Assembly: GCA_964519725.1 (NCBI GenBank) | Contig: CAZFKS010000001.1 | Coordinates: 119,270 to 183,269 of the forward strand | Source of the DNA: an uncultured Gammaproteobacteria bacterium | Lineage (GTDB): Bacteria > Patescibacteriota > Patescibacteriia > Magasanikbacterales > UBA922 | DNA length: 64,000 bases | Direction: 5' to 3' | In this document: one piece after another, positions 40,822-50,075 of the stretch | Numbering within the stretch: the stretch's first letter is position 1 | Layout of the letters: the number at the start of each line of letters is the position of its first letter | The notes under the pieces: generated by a model | The model's input: the letters and a program-made list of their open reading frames with translations, nothing else | The model's database searches: none | Told to the model about the DNA's origin: nothing | Translations under genes and position numbers: made by a program

Positions 40822-42033
40822 TTACTCGCGACGGCGAAATAGTAACCACAAAAAGAGGACAAGTATAATTCCTCCTCCAGCTAAAACTGGAATTTTGTGG
40901 GCCAGGAAAAAATTTTGTGCTTGGAGTGAAAAACTTTCAGCGGGGATCAGCGGGGCTTTATCTTTTCCATCTGGTGTGCCATCTAAGTCAGTGTCTTCGG
41001 CTAGCGGATCAGTCCCCTTCACGGTTTCATCATGGTCAGAAATACCATCGTTGTCTGTGTCTGGAGTGCGTGGACTGGTACCAATTTTTTGTTCTTCAGT
41101 ATCAGGTAAATGATCATTATCATCGTCCAGATCAGCGTTATCCCCAGTTCCATCTTTGTCTGAGTCTTTATTTTCCTTTGGATCAAGCGGTAATTCATCC
41201 GCCCCATCATTCACACCATCGCCATCAGTATCAGCTTTGAGCGGATCAGTACCCTTGGCTTTTTCCGCCTCATCAGTCACACCATCATTATCATCATCAG
41301 GGTCAGTGTTGTCCCCAATTTTATCACCATCAATATCTTTTTGTTCTTTGGGATCAATTGGAAATAAATCATCTTTATCATTTACCCCATCACCGTCAGT
41401 GTCAGTCGCCATTGGGTTGGTTTTATTGTCTAATTCAGTGTTATCTGGAATGCCATCACCATCGGTGTCAGCTTTTTTTGGGTCAGTACCTAATTCTTTT
41501 TCGCGGTCATCAGTTAGACCGTCATTATCATCATCAGGGTCAGTGTTGTCACCAATTTTGTCATGGTCAGAATCAGCTTCAATGGTAAATTTTGATGGAG
41601 TTTGGGAAGATTGAATTTGATTGTCAGGTAGCACTTGTTTGTCGCCATTCGCTTGCAAACCAACCACACTAGTTAACCGCGCTGTCAAAGATAATTCACC
41701 CGCGGGCAAGGTATATTCGGCGGCCACTTGTTTAGCTTGCTCAAATAAAATTTTTTCAAATGGCACCTCAGCAATGACCTGATCATTATTATAAAACACC
41801 ACCTTCCCCGACACTGACGCAAAATCATTATTTACAATTACCGTGTAGAGTTTTACCACTTCTCCTTCCACCGCATTAGTTTTTGACAACCGTACAATTT
41901 GGTTAACAGCAAAATCAAACGCTGCCCAAGTTGTGACTGGGGCAAAAAATAATACTAAAGTACTCAATCCGACCAAATACTTAAGGCGTTTCATACTGGA
42001 GCTGACTAGGCGAAAGTGAAAATAGTATATCAC
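40822..42033 (-). CDS. secreted Ca-binding repeat protein (about 9 thrombospondin type-3-like DxDxDG repeats) with C-terminal hydrophobic anchor and RRRE tail
   Basis: Signal peptide. N-terminal about 150-aa beta-rich domain. Repeats DTDGDGV(N/P)D, DIDGDKIGDNTDPDDDNDG. C-terminus LAGGGIILVLFLWLLFRRRE. Confidence 0.7.
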   Translation of the reverse strand: MIYYFHFRLVSSSMKRLKYLVGLSTLVLFFAPVTTWAAFDFAVNQIVRLSKTNAVEGEVVKLYTVIVNNDFASVSGKVVFYNNDQVIAEVPFEKILFEQAKQVAAEYTLPAGELSLTARLTSVVGLQANGDKQVLPDNQIQSSQTPSKFTIEADSDHDKIGDNTDPDDDNDGLTDDREKELGTDPKKADTDGDGIPDNTELDNKTNPMATDTDGDGVNDKDDLFPIDPKEQKDIDGDKIGDNTDPDDDNDGVTDEAEKAKGTDPLKADTDGDGVNDGADELPLDPKENKDSDKDGTGDNADLDDDNDHLPDTEEQKIGTSPRTPDTDNDGISDHDETVKGTDPLAEDTDLDGTPDGKDKAPLIPAESFSLQAQNFFLAHKIPVLAGGGIILVLFLWLLFRRRE

Positions 42034-42925
42034 CTTGCTGGTCAGTCCGTAAAACCTGACAATTATGGCGTTCGAGGCGTTTTAAAACCCGCGGCGCGGG
42101 GTGACCATAGGCATTATCTTTGCCCACTGAAATTAAACAATATTTAGGCGCGACCGCATTTAAAAATAAATCACTCGACGAGGTTAAACTACCATGATGC
42201 CCAACTTTGAGCAGCTCAGCCTCCAGTCCACCACCCAGTTTACTGACTAAATAATTTTCCAGCGGCGCCTCAGTATCGCCAGTCAGCAAAATATCATTGG
42301 TTCCAGCTGAAAGTTTCACGACCATGGATGTGTCATTGCTTTCCACCACATTGGTTTTAGGAATGCGCGGGTCGCGGGCCACATCATGGTCAGGGTACAA
42401 AATCGTGGTAGTCACGCCTGCAATTACAAAATTTTGGGCAGTGGTAATTTTTTCCACAACCGAACCACTGGCTTCAGCCTCATGCACCTTGTTCATAAAT
42501 GAAGTCCAGAGTGGCCCACTATTTTTTTCATAGCCAGTAAGGAAAATTTTTTTGACTGTGTAACGAGAAAGCACATCAATACACCCAGCGTAGTGATCAG
42601 AGTCAGGGTGAGTGACAATTAAATAGTCGAGAGTGCGGTCATTCCAGTGCCGCACCCGTGACAAAGCTGACAACACCACCGCGTCACGCGCACAATCAAC
42701 GAGTAGCTCTTCGCCATTTGGAAAAACTACCAAGGTCGCATCACCTTGGCCAACATCCAAAAAATACACTTGAGCTGGTTTGTCTTGAGTACTAGTATCC
42801 CCCACCTTAATATCCTCTATTTTAGGCCGGGCAAATGTAACCGTAATTATTTTTTTGGATTCCAAAAACCTGACTATTCCGATTAGCAATAACAAAACTA
42901 GCAAAATACTAAGTAGCTTTTTCAT
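41981..42925 (-). CDS. standalone MBL-fold hydrolase of the ComEC C-terminal (Lactamase_B) type, signal-anchored
   Basis: VYFLDVGQGDATLVVFPNGEELLVDCARD and LIVTHPDSDHYAG, HHGS motifs as in ComEC/Rec2 C-terminal domains. Confidence 0.75.
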   Translation of the reverse strand: MKKLLSILLVLLLLIGIVRFLESKKIITVTFARPKIEDIKVGDTSTQDKPAQVYFLDVGQGDATLVVFPNGEELLVDCARDAVVLSALSRVRHWNDRTLDYLIVTHPDSDHYAGCIDVLSRYTVKKIFLTGYEKNSGPLWTSFMNKVHEAEASGSVVEKITTAQNFVIAGVTTTILYPDHDVARDPRIPKTNVVESNDTSMVVKLSAGTNDILLTGDTEAPLENYLVSKLGGGLEAELLKVGHHGSLTSSSDLFLNAVAPKYCLISVGKDNAYGHPAPRVLKRLERHNCQVLRTDQQGDILFSLSPSQLQYETP

Positions 42926-42931
42926 ACCTCC

Positions 42932-43546
42932 TTATTTAGTGGCGCAAATAATTTGGTTTACCCAAACGCCATTTTCTGAAATTATTTTTTCTTCAACTCC
43001 AAACGCCAGGTCTTCGAGCAGCTCTTTGATTGCTTCTTTCCGGTGATAAAATGACTCAACCACAATTGGTCCAACCTTAGTTTCCACCACTGGCGGGTCA
43101 GTTTGGTTAATATTAGTTACTAAAAATTTTCCCCCATCTTTGAGCACCCGATACACTTCATCAAAAAAGCGGCGCGGATTTTTTAGGTGAACAATCAAAA
43201 ATGCAGCGGTAATAATATCAAAAGAGTTATCGGGAAATGGCAAGGCTTCAGCCTCACCAACCACAGTTTTGATATGTTTATTTTTTCGGTTTAAAACCTT
43301 TAACATTTCCTCTGACACATCCAGGGCCGTTACTTCTGCTCCAACTTGGACTAATAAAATGGATAACCGGCCAGTTCCCGCCCCAACATCAAGCACACTT
43401 TTGCCTTTTAAATCACCCAGAATTGGTAAAACTGCGTTTTTTTCAAAACTATTTAAGTACGGTATTTTTTTATCATAAGCACTACTGGCTAAATCATAAC
43501 CAGTCACTGAGTCAAGCACTTTGACTTTACTTTTTCCCATACACAA
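42932..43546 (-). CDS. class I SAM-dependent methyltransferase
   Basis: Motif I VLDVGAGTGRLS, motif post-I LDVSEEM. 204 aa. Confidence 0.8.
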   Translation of the reverse strand: MCMGKSKVKVLDSVTGYDLASSAYDKKIPYLNSFEKNAVLPILGDLKGKSVLDVGAGTGRLSILLVQVGAEVTALDVSEEMLKVLNRKNKHIKTVVGEAEALPFPDNSFDIITAAFLIVHLKNPRRFFDEVYRVLKDGGKFLVTNINQTDPPVVETKVGPIVVESFYHRKEAIKELLEDLAFGVEEKIISENGVWVNQIICATK

Positions 43547-44120
43547 TCAGTGGGATCACGGCACTAATAACGGCAAAATATAACATTGCCTTGATCGTAG
43601 CCGACAGAGTTGAGAAATTACTACTACTTCCAGTTAGTTCAATATTTTTACCACTCACCGCGGCTGTTAAAATATTTTTCACAATCTCACGGTCAGTTTC
43701 GGTCAGAACAGAAATTACGAGGGGCACTTTTTTACCGGAATTTAAAGTGACCAGAGCCAGTAAACGCGGTACTCTCACTGTCACCCCATTTTGGGCCACA
43801 GTTCGGAGACTATTGGTAATCTCATAACTCTTAATTTCTTTAAGTGGGATTTTAGTCGACCAAACAATTTGATGTTGGACAATTTCAGCATTATTAACAC
43901 TAACCACTCCGTGAGCACGGACTCGACCCACAATTAAACCAGTTACCACCACGAGCAAGAACCACAGGGCCAATTTACTCATTTGAGAACTAGGATTTTT
44001 TAAAAATTCAATCAGCCAACTACCGCCCAGTAAGAATACTGCGAAAGTAAATAGCAAAGCAACGCTAATCACCAAAATATTATGGTACTCACTGCGAGTG
44101 TCAAAGATGAGGCCGGGCAT
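43527..44120 (-). CDS. hypothetical membrane protein (two N-terminal TM helices; possible bacterial PH/DUF304-like domain)
   Basis: 197 aa. 20-nt overlaps with both neighbours. No catalytic motif. Confidence 0.35.
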   Translation of the reverse strand: MPGLIFDTRSEYHNILVISVALLFTFAVFLLGGSWLIEFLKNPSSQMSKLALWFLLVVVTGLIVGRVRAHGVVSVNNAEIVQHQIVWSTKIPLKEIKSYEITNSLRTVAQNGVTVRVPRLLALVTLNSGKKVPLVISVLTETDREIVKNILTAAVSGKNIELTGSSSNFSTLSATIKAMLYFAVISAVIPLIVYGKK

Positions 44121-45603
44121 AGGCTTTTTTAAAAATGAGGTAGAGTAAAATTAAGTAGCTCGTGATTAATAGGGGCAAGGAAAATGAAACTGCGGGCGCG
44201 GCCCAACTAATTCCCCCAAACCATGAAACTACGCTAATAACATACCACATTCCCGCCCACCCAATCCAGGCCAGGGCCTGACCCACGTAAATATGGATTA
44301 AACTGCCAAGGAGGGCAGCAAAACCAGTGGCCATTAAAATTGGGATCACCCACAACACCGCAATGTTCACAAAAATAGTGAGTAGGGCAAGCCGACCAAA
44401 CTGAAATAAAATTAAGGGCAAAGTTGCAATCGTCGCAGCTGTGGTTGAAATAGTATTTTCCCTGAGACCAAATTTTTCTGGAAGCCAATTTAAGTAAGTT
44501 TCCAAAATTGGATTTAAATATACCAAACCCAAAGTGGCCAAAAATGAAAGTTGGAATCCAGCATCATACAGTAGCACCAATGGATTTTGTACTGTCATAA
44601 TCACAGCCGTGAGGAGTAACACCGGTCCAATTCGACTGACGCGCCCAACTTGTTTGGCCAAAAGCACAATAAAGCCCATAATTCCCGCCCGCATCACAGA
44701 AGCAGATGCGCCGGTAAAAATCACAAACACAAAAATATACAAACCAACCACATAAAAAGCGTGCCGCCGATTAATGCGGCAGTAATAACAGATTGATAAG
44801 AGTAAAGTCGCAATCACGGAAATATTAAATCCTGATACGGCCACAATGTGCGCGACTCCGGTTTTACTGAACAAATCATTGAGTGGCCCCAGTCCACCGC
44901 GATATCCGTAAAGTAATCCAGCCATAAAACTGGCATAGGGTTCTGGCCAGAGTGCTTCTAAGCGCAGCGCTAATTGATTTTTAAAAGCTAAAATATAGCT
45001 CATGACTGGGTTAGCTCCTCCACTGCCAATTTTAGTGAGGATTGGTTTTTGGCAGAGTGCAAAAATGTCTTGCCTGGCCAAAGCCAAGTCATACCGAAAC
45101 ACTTTTCCATTCACTTCATCAACAATTGGTTCTGGTTTTTTAATAGTGCAAGTAACCTTAAGAACATCGCCGTAATTAAACCGTGGATACCGATCAAAAA
45201 CCGCTAAAATATTACCCTCAATTTCACCTGGCCCAGCCCGGGCCTCGACGCTACTTGCGTCTAGCACATATCGCACTGAATCCAAGCGCACATCAGGTTC
45301 AGCGTTTACGGTTCCAATCAATTGAATATTTTGGTTATTAAACGCCTCAATTCTTCCAGTCTCACTAACTGGAAAGACTAATCCATAGCGATAAATTCCT
45401 AAACCAAAACTAGTAACGATTAATACTATGAATTTAATTTCTAGTTTTTTAATAAAAAATAAAATTAAAACAGACACCAAAACGGCAGATAAAATCCAAT
45501 TGGTTTTTCGAATGTCACTAATTGAGGCAACTATAGTGCCAATCAAAAAACTAAAAGAATAGATTGCAAAACGCCAGCTTTTTGAGGTTATTTTGTTTAT
45601 CAT
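44101..45603 (-). CDS. comEC: ComEC/Rec2 membrane channel part (DUF4131 + Competence domain), lacking the MBL domain
   Basis: 500 aa polytopic. Competence-domain motif KTGVAHIVAVSGFNISVIA. Confidence 0.8.
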   Translation of the reverse strand: MINKITSKSWRFAIYSFSFLIGTIVASISDIRKTNWILSAVLVSVLILFFIKKLEIKFIVLIVTSFGLGIYRYGLVFPVSETGRIEAFNNQNIQLIGTVNAEPDVRLDSVRYVLDASSVEARAGPGEIEGNILAVFDRYPRFNYGDVLKVTCTIKKPEPIVDEVNGKVFRYDLALARQDIFALCQKPILTKIGSGGANPVMSYILAFKNQLALRLEALWPEPYASFMAGLLYGYRGGLGPLNDLFSKTGVAHIVAVSGFNISVIATLLLSICYYCRINRRHAFYVVGLYIFVFVIFTGASASVMRAGIMGFIVLLAKQVGRVSRIGPVLLLTAVIMTVQNPLVLLYDAGFQLSFLATLGLVYLNPILETYLNWLPEKFGLRENTISTTAATIATLPLILFQFGRLALLTIFVNIAVLWVIPILMATGFAALLGSLIHIYVGQALAWIGWAGMWYVISVVSWFGGISWAAPAVSFSLPLLITSYLILLYLIFKKAYARPHL

Positions 45604-45620
45604 ATCTTGGCTGTAATATA

Positions 45621-45648
45621 TTGACTTTTATCTGGAATCTGCTATACT
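45621..45648 (+). promoter_or_regulatory. sigma70-like promoter with extended -10 (TTGACT-16-TGcTATACT) on the plus strand with no plus-strand gene downstream
   Basis: ttgact tttatctggaatctgc tatact. Predicted TSS about 45654. Confidence 0.4.
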
Positions 45649-45653
45649 GAATA

Positions 45654-45720
45654 ATGAAGTTCATCCTTCTGCCTGTGGCAGTCGAGATTCCTCACCCTCC
45701 GGTGAGGTTATTTTTTTATT
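45654..45720 (+). ncRNA. candidate about 65-nt sRNA (or leaderless 22-codon micro-ORF MKFILLPVAVEIPHPPVRLFFY) ending in an intrinsic terminator, convergent with the MazF-like gene
   Basis: Promoter at 45621-45648. Internal hairpin ctgcc-tgt-ggcag. Terminal hairpin cctcacc-ctcc-ggtgagg followed by ttatttttttatt. Confidence 0.3.
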
Positions 45721-46106
45721 AGAGTACACAGTAATTGCTTTAAATTTTCAGTCGTCTCTCTGCTAACAAATGAGAGTTTTCTTTTTAATCTTTTTCCATC
45801 AAGATACCGCGCTTGTGCTAGACAAGCGTACTGAACTCGCCCTCTGTCATCATGAAACCGTGCGTAATAATCTCCGAACTTCTCAGACGTAGTTAATGGG
45901 ATCACTAAGCAAGCGTCACCGTACACTTTTTGGATAATCAAAATCGGACGAAGAAATTCAGAACCCTTACCATCTAACTCAGTCGCTACATTTAAACCTA
46001 AATGTGCCCACCAAATTTGTCCAATTTTAAATTTTGGACAACCTTCGAAAGAGTTTACGGTTTTCTTTTTTTCATTCCATTCATTGAAATTTTTATAATT
46101 TTCCAT
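45708..46106 (-). CDS. MazF/PemK-like (Kid-fold) putative toxin, no adjacent antitoxin gene
   Basis: From internal ATG (MENYK...). FKIGQIWWAHLGLNVATELDGKGSEFLRPILIIQKVYGDACLVIPLTTS matches the MazF/PemK core (G.I...G.E..g.RP.lii....v.PlTt). The table ORF start upstream is a TTG overlapping leuS. Confidence 0.45.
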   Translation of the reverse strand: MENYKNFNEWNEKKKTVNSFEGCPKFKIGQIWWAHLGLNVATELDGKGSEFLRPILIIQKVYGDACLVIPLTTSEKFGDYYARFHDDRGRVQYACLAQARYLDGKRLKRKLSFVSRETTENLKQLLCTLIKK

Positions 46107-46176
46107 AGCAAAAAACACAGATCTAATCTGTATTTTCTTCCCTCCTTTAGAGAAGAAATATAGTAATTTTATTGTA

Positions 46177-46214
46177 AAACAAAACACTGCTCGATTCAAG
46201 CAGTGTTTTTTATT
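46177..46214. terminator. strong bidirectional hairpin terminator between leuS and the MazF-like gene
   Basis: Perfect 11-bp stem aaaacactgct/agcagtgtttt with 7-nt loop, flanked by an A-run and a T-run. Confidence 0.55.
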
Positions 46215-46248
46215 TTGTGTGTAAAAACTGTGCGCAAGCTGTGAACAA

Positions 46249-49245
46249 TCACACAACAATTGAAATCAAACGGCCTGGAACATAAATAAATTTCTTTGGT
46301 TCTTTACCTTCCAACCATTTTTGCACACCTTCATTTTCTAAAGCTAATTTTTTAATATCAGCTTCGGCAATGTCTGGTGATACTGTTAATTCAGCGCGAA
46401 CTTTACCATTAATTTGAATGGCGATTATCACTTCACTATCTTTGGCGAGTTCAGCATCATAAACCGGCCAAGTCGATTTAGAAACAGAATTTCCATCACC
46501 AAATTGGGCCCATAATTCTTCACCAATGTGCGGGGCAAACACTGACAACAATTTAATTAAAATTTGGTAATCAGTTTTTGCAATTTTTTCCTCAACACTC
46601 ATCGCGTTCGCCAGTTCCATTAATTTCGCCACCGAGGTATTGAAGCTCATGTTCTGAATATCATCAGTGACTTTTTTGATTGTTTGGTGAAGCTGAGTAA
46701 CCACTTTTTTATTGGTCGCCGCACTATCACTCACCTTTTCCTGTAAATTCCAAACCTTATCCAGGAACCGACGCACACCAACTAATCCATTGGTATCCCA
46801 TTCCACAGCTTGGTCAAATGGACCCATAAACATAATATAAGTGCGAAGCGCGTCTGCACCGTACAGTTCAACCATTTCATCTGGGTTCACCACGTTTCCC
46901 TTTGACTTACTCATCTTTTCACCGCCCTTGGCCAAAATCATGCCGTGACTGGTGCGTTTTTTGTATGGTTCGAGAGTTGGGACCACGCCAATGTCATACA
47001 AGAATTGATTCCAAAAACGGGAATACAACAAGTGTAAAACCGTGTGCTCCATTCCCCCATTGTACCAATCCACTTGATTCCAATAGCGTAAATTTGGATT
47101 AATCTTTTCAACCCACTCAGACAAGAAAGCAATTTTTTCTTGATTACTTTGGCCGTCTGACTCGTTTTTCTCAGTGTATTCGTAATGTGCCAAATTATAT
47201 TCTGGTGAAATAGTGCGGAAAGTAAAGCCCCACAAATTTCCCAAACACACTTCTGGTAAATCGCGAGCTTGCATTGGTTGTTTGGCACCTTGGTAAGTCA
47301 AACTATACATTTCGCCGTTCTCTTTCCAAACCGGAACAATTTCTACACGCACTCCATCTTTTTCGTACAGATCATTTTGGTTAAATGATTGAGTTAACCT
47401 ATAGCCTTGCTCCACCAAATAACTCGCAATCGCCGCCTTATCATCATTCCAAGCGACTAAACAAACCGTGCGCAATGGTGTCCACAAATTGCGGTTCAAG
47501 CCGTTCAAAAGTAAACGATTCCCAGTCCAAACTTTAATTCCCTTTTTCTCTAAATCTTGATATACCTGTTTAAAAGTAGCAAAATAAGCTTTATCTTTTT
47601 CGGTCGGTTCAATCGCTGGACGGAATTTAAAACCATCGGTACGGAATAAATCTTTCGCATTCTGCGGATCCATGTAGCGGAGGAAGTACCAACTTGACCC
47701 AGCCCAGTTAGGCATGGTGTCAGTTTCGCGGCGTGCCGGACCACCACACTTTGGACAAGTAGTTTTAACCCACTCAGTCATGGCCGCGATTGGCGACTCG
47801 CCAGTATCAGTTGGTAAATATTTTTCCACTTTTGGTAATTCGAGTGGTAATTCACTTTCTGGAAGTGGAATCCAACCATTACAATTTTCACAAAAAACCA
47901 AAGGAATCGGCTCACCCCAATACCGCTGACGCGAAAAGACCCAGTCACGGAGTTTGTACTGCACTTTGCGGTTACCAATTTTATTTTCTTCTAGCCAAGC
48001 AACCATTTTAGCTTTGGCCTCAACGGTTTCTAAGCCATTCAAAAAATCTGAATTAACAGCGAACCCAGCAGAAGTGAAGGCTTCAGTGGCAATATCACCA
48101 CCGGCAACCACTTCTACTTTTGGCAAATGATATTTACTCGCAAATTCAAAGTCGCGCTCATCATGCGCTGGTACCGCCATAATCGCGCCCGTACCATAAC
48201 CACCCAGGACATAATCAGCCACAAACATTGGAATTTGTTCGCCTGTAACCGGATTAATGGCTTTAACACCACGGAGTTCCACACCGGTCTTTTCTTTATC
48301 AAGCGCACTGCGCTCAATATCAGTTTTTTGTTTAGCAGCGTTAACATAAGCCAACACTTCGGCTTTGTTTTCCAAAACATCATGATTTTGATCAGTCGCC
48401 AAAGTCACCCACAAATGTTCAGGGGCAAGCACCAAATAGGTGGCACCAAACAGCGTGTCTGGACGCGTAGTAAATACAGTCAATTTTGCTTTTTCACCAT
48501 TTGGTCCACGACGATCATTATCAGCCGGATTTTTGGTAAAAAATAATTCAAAATTAATTTCTGCACCCTCACTCCGCCCAATCCAATTTTCCTGTTGAAT
48601 TTTGGCGCGAGAAATATAATCAACTTCATTTAAACCCGCGAGAAGTTTGTCAGCGTATTTGGTGATCGCGAGCATCCATTGTTCTTTATTCCGTTTTTCT
48701 ACTGGATTGCCACAACGCTCACAACAGCCATCAACCACTTCTTCATTAGCTAGACCAATTTTATCTTTTGGACACCAATTAATTGGCTGGTTGGCTTTGT
48801 AGGCCAAACCTTGTTTGTAAAGCTGCAAAAAAATCCACTGTGTCCATTTATAATATTCAGGTTCACTAGTAGTCACCGCGCGCGACCAATCAAAACCAAA
48901 CCCCAGCGCTTTTAATTGACGCGTAAAGTTCGCAATATTTTCAGCCGTAATTTCCGCTGGTGGCCGACCAGTTTTAATGGCAAAATTTTCAGTTGGCAGT
49001 CCAAACGAGTCAAACCCAATTGGATACAAAACATTTTTTCCTTCCATCCGTTTTTGGCGTGTAATTACATCCATGGCAGTGTAAGACCGCGGGTGTCCAA
49101 CGTGTAAACCAGCCCCACTTGGGTAAGGGAACTCAATCAGACCAAAAAATTTTTCTTTGGCCGGATCAGTTTCCACGCGAAAAGTCTGGTTATCTTCCCA
49201 GAATTTTTGCCACTTTGGTTCAATGGATTTTGGGTCGTACTTCAT
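46249..49245 (-). CDS. leuS: leucyl-tRNA synthetase (long form with extra insertion before the catalytic-core return)
   Basis: HIGH motif PYPSGAGLHVGHP, KMSKS motif KMSKSKGN, CP1 editing domain. 998 aa. Confidence 0.95.
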   Translation of the reverse strand: MKYDPKSIEPKWQKFWEDNQTFRVETDPAKEKFFGLIEFPYPSGAGLHVGHPRSYTAMDVITRQKRMEGKNVLYPIGFDSFGLPTENFAIKTGRPPAEITAENIANFTRQLKALGFGFDWSRAVTTSEPEYYKWTQWIFLQLYKQGLAYKANQPINWCPKDKIGLANEEVVDGCCERCGNPVEKRNKEQWMLAITKYADKLLAGLNEVDYISRAKIQQENWIGRSEGAEINFELFFTKNPADNDRRGPNGEKAKLTVFTTRPDTLFGATYLVLAPEHLWVTLATDQNHDVLENKAEVLAYVNAAKQKTDIERSALDKEKTGVELRGVKAINPVTGEQIPMFVADYVLGGYGTGAIMAVPAHDERDFEFASKYHLPKVEVVAGGDIATEAFTSAGFAVNSDFLNGLETVEAKAKMVAWLEENKIGNRKVQYKLRDWVFSRQRYWGEPIPLVFCENCNGWIPLPESELPLELPKVEKYLPTDTGESPIAAMTEWVKTTCPKCGGPARRETDTMPNWAGSSWYFLRYMDPQNAKDLFRTDGFKFRPAIEPTEKDKAYFATFKQVYQDLEKKGIKVWTGNRLLLNGLNRNLWTPLRTVCLVAWNDDKAAIASYLVEQGYRLTQSFNQNDLYEKDGVRVEIVPVWKENGEMYSLTYQGAKQPMQARDLPEVCLGNLWGFTFRTISPEYNLAHYEYTEKNESDGQSNQEKIAFLSEWVEKINPNLRYWNQVDWYNGGMEHTVLHLLYSRFWNQFLYDIGVVPTLEPYKKRTSHGMILAKGGEKMSKSKGNVVNPDEMVELYGADALRTYIMFMGPFDQAVEWDTNGLVGVRRFLDKVWNLQEKVSDSAATNKKVVTQLHQTIKKVTDDIQNMSFNTSVAKLMELANAMSVEEKIAKTDYQILIKLLSVFAPHIGEELWAQFGDGNSVSKSTWPVYDAELAKDSEVIIAIQINGKVRAELTVSPDIAEADIKKLALENEGVQKWLEGKEPKKFIYVPGRLISIVV

Positions 49246-49246
49246 A

Positions 49247-50005
49247 TTAATTTAAAAACGCCATTAATTGCTGATGAATTTTAGGAGTAGCAATCACAAT
49301 ATCTTCCATGCTTCTTTCCCATTCTTGACCAAAACTATTGGTTACCAGGGCGCCAGCTTCACGCGCTAGCAAAACTGGAGCTAAATAATCGTGAACTTTA
49401 CCAACATTGGTTATATAAAATTCCAAATTGCCACTTCCCACCAAAACTGCGGTATACATGCAGGCAAAATTACGAATTCTCGCTTCACTATCATACAATT
49501 TTTTCCAAAGCAATGAAATCTCTTCACCATTTTTAAATTTTGAGCTAGAACTAACTGAACCAACCGAGGCTTTTAGTTCTGCGTGATCAGAAATTTTAAG
49601 CGGAGAACCATTGCAAAATGCGCCTTTACCTTTTTCAGCCCAATAAAATGAATCATCTAGCGGAAAATACATCGCCGCGTAGATTGTTTCGCCATTTTTA
49701 TTAACGGCAATGAGTGAACCCCAAATTGGAATGTGATTAGCAAAATTCCAGGTCCCATCAATTGGATCAATTACCCACTCGTATTCTGCCCCTGGATTAA
49801 TATCATCAACCATTTCTTCACTGTGAATATGGTGGTCAGGAAAATTTTCGTGAATTTTGGCAACTAAAAATTCACTCACAGCTACATCTGCGCTGGTCAA
49901 AAGGTCCAAACGGTCAGTTTTATTCGAAACCGTGAAATTTTGGGTATAAAAATCCAGGGCAATTTTCCCCGCTTCACGACTGATCTGTTCAATAAATTCC
50001 TTCAT
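49247..50005 (-). CDS. inositol monophosphatase family protein
   Basis: WVIDPIDGTWNFANHIPIW and D-rich metal site. 252 aa. 1-nt gap to leuS. Confidence 0.85.
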   Translation of the reverse strand: MKEFIEQISREAGKIALDFYTQNFTVSNKTDRLDLLTSADVAVSEFLVAKIHENFPDHHIHSEEMVDDINPGAEYEWVIDPIDGTWNFANHIPIWGSLIAVNKNGETIYAAMYFPLDDSFYWAEKGKGAFCNGSPLKISDHAELKASVGSVSSSSKFKNGEEISLLWKKLYDSEARIRNFACMYTAVLVGSGNLEFYITNVGKVHDYLAPVLLAREAGALVTNSFGQEWERSMEDIVIATPKIHQQLMAFLN

Positions 50006-50075
50006 ATATAAAGCCCATCTTACGCTCTACCAAGCAAAAAAGCAAGCCTTGGCTTGCTTTTTAATGGCGCTCATT

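Noticed and set aside
41156-41614. 152-aa Ser-rich plus-strand ORF, and DNA-level repeats resembling an array
   Set aside because: The ORF is antisense to the TSP3-repeat gene. The DNA repeats are in-frame coding repeats (DxDxDG units) with variable spacing. They are not CRISPR repeats, and no cas genes are present.
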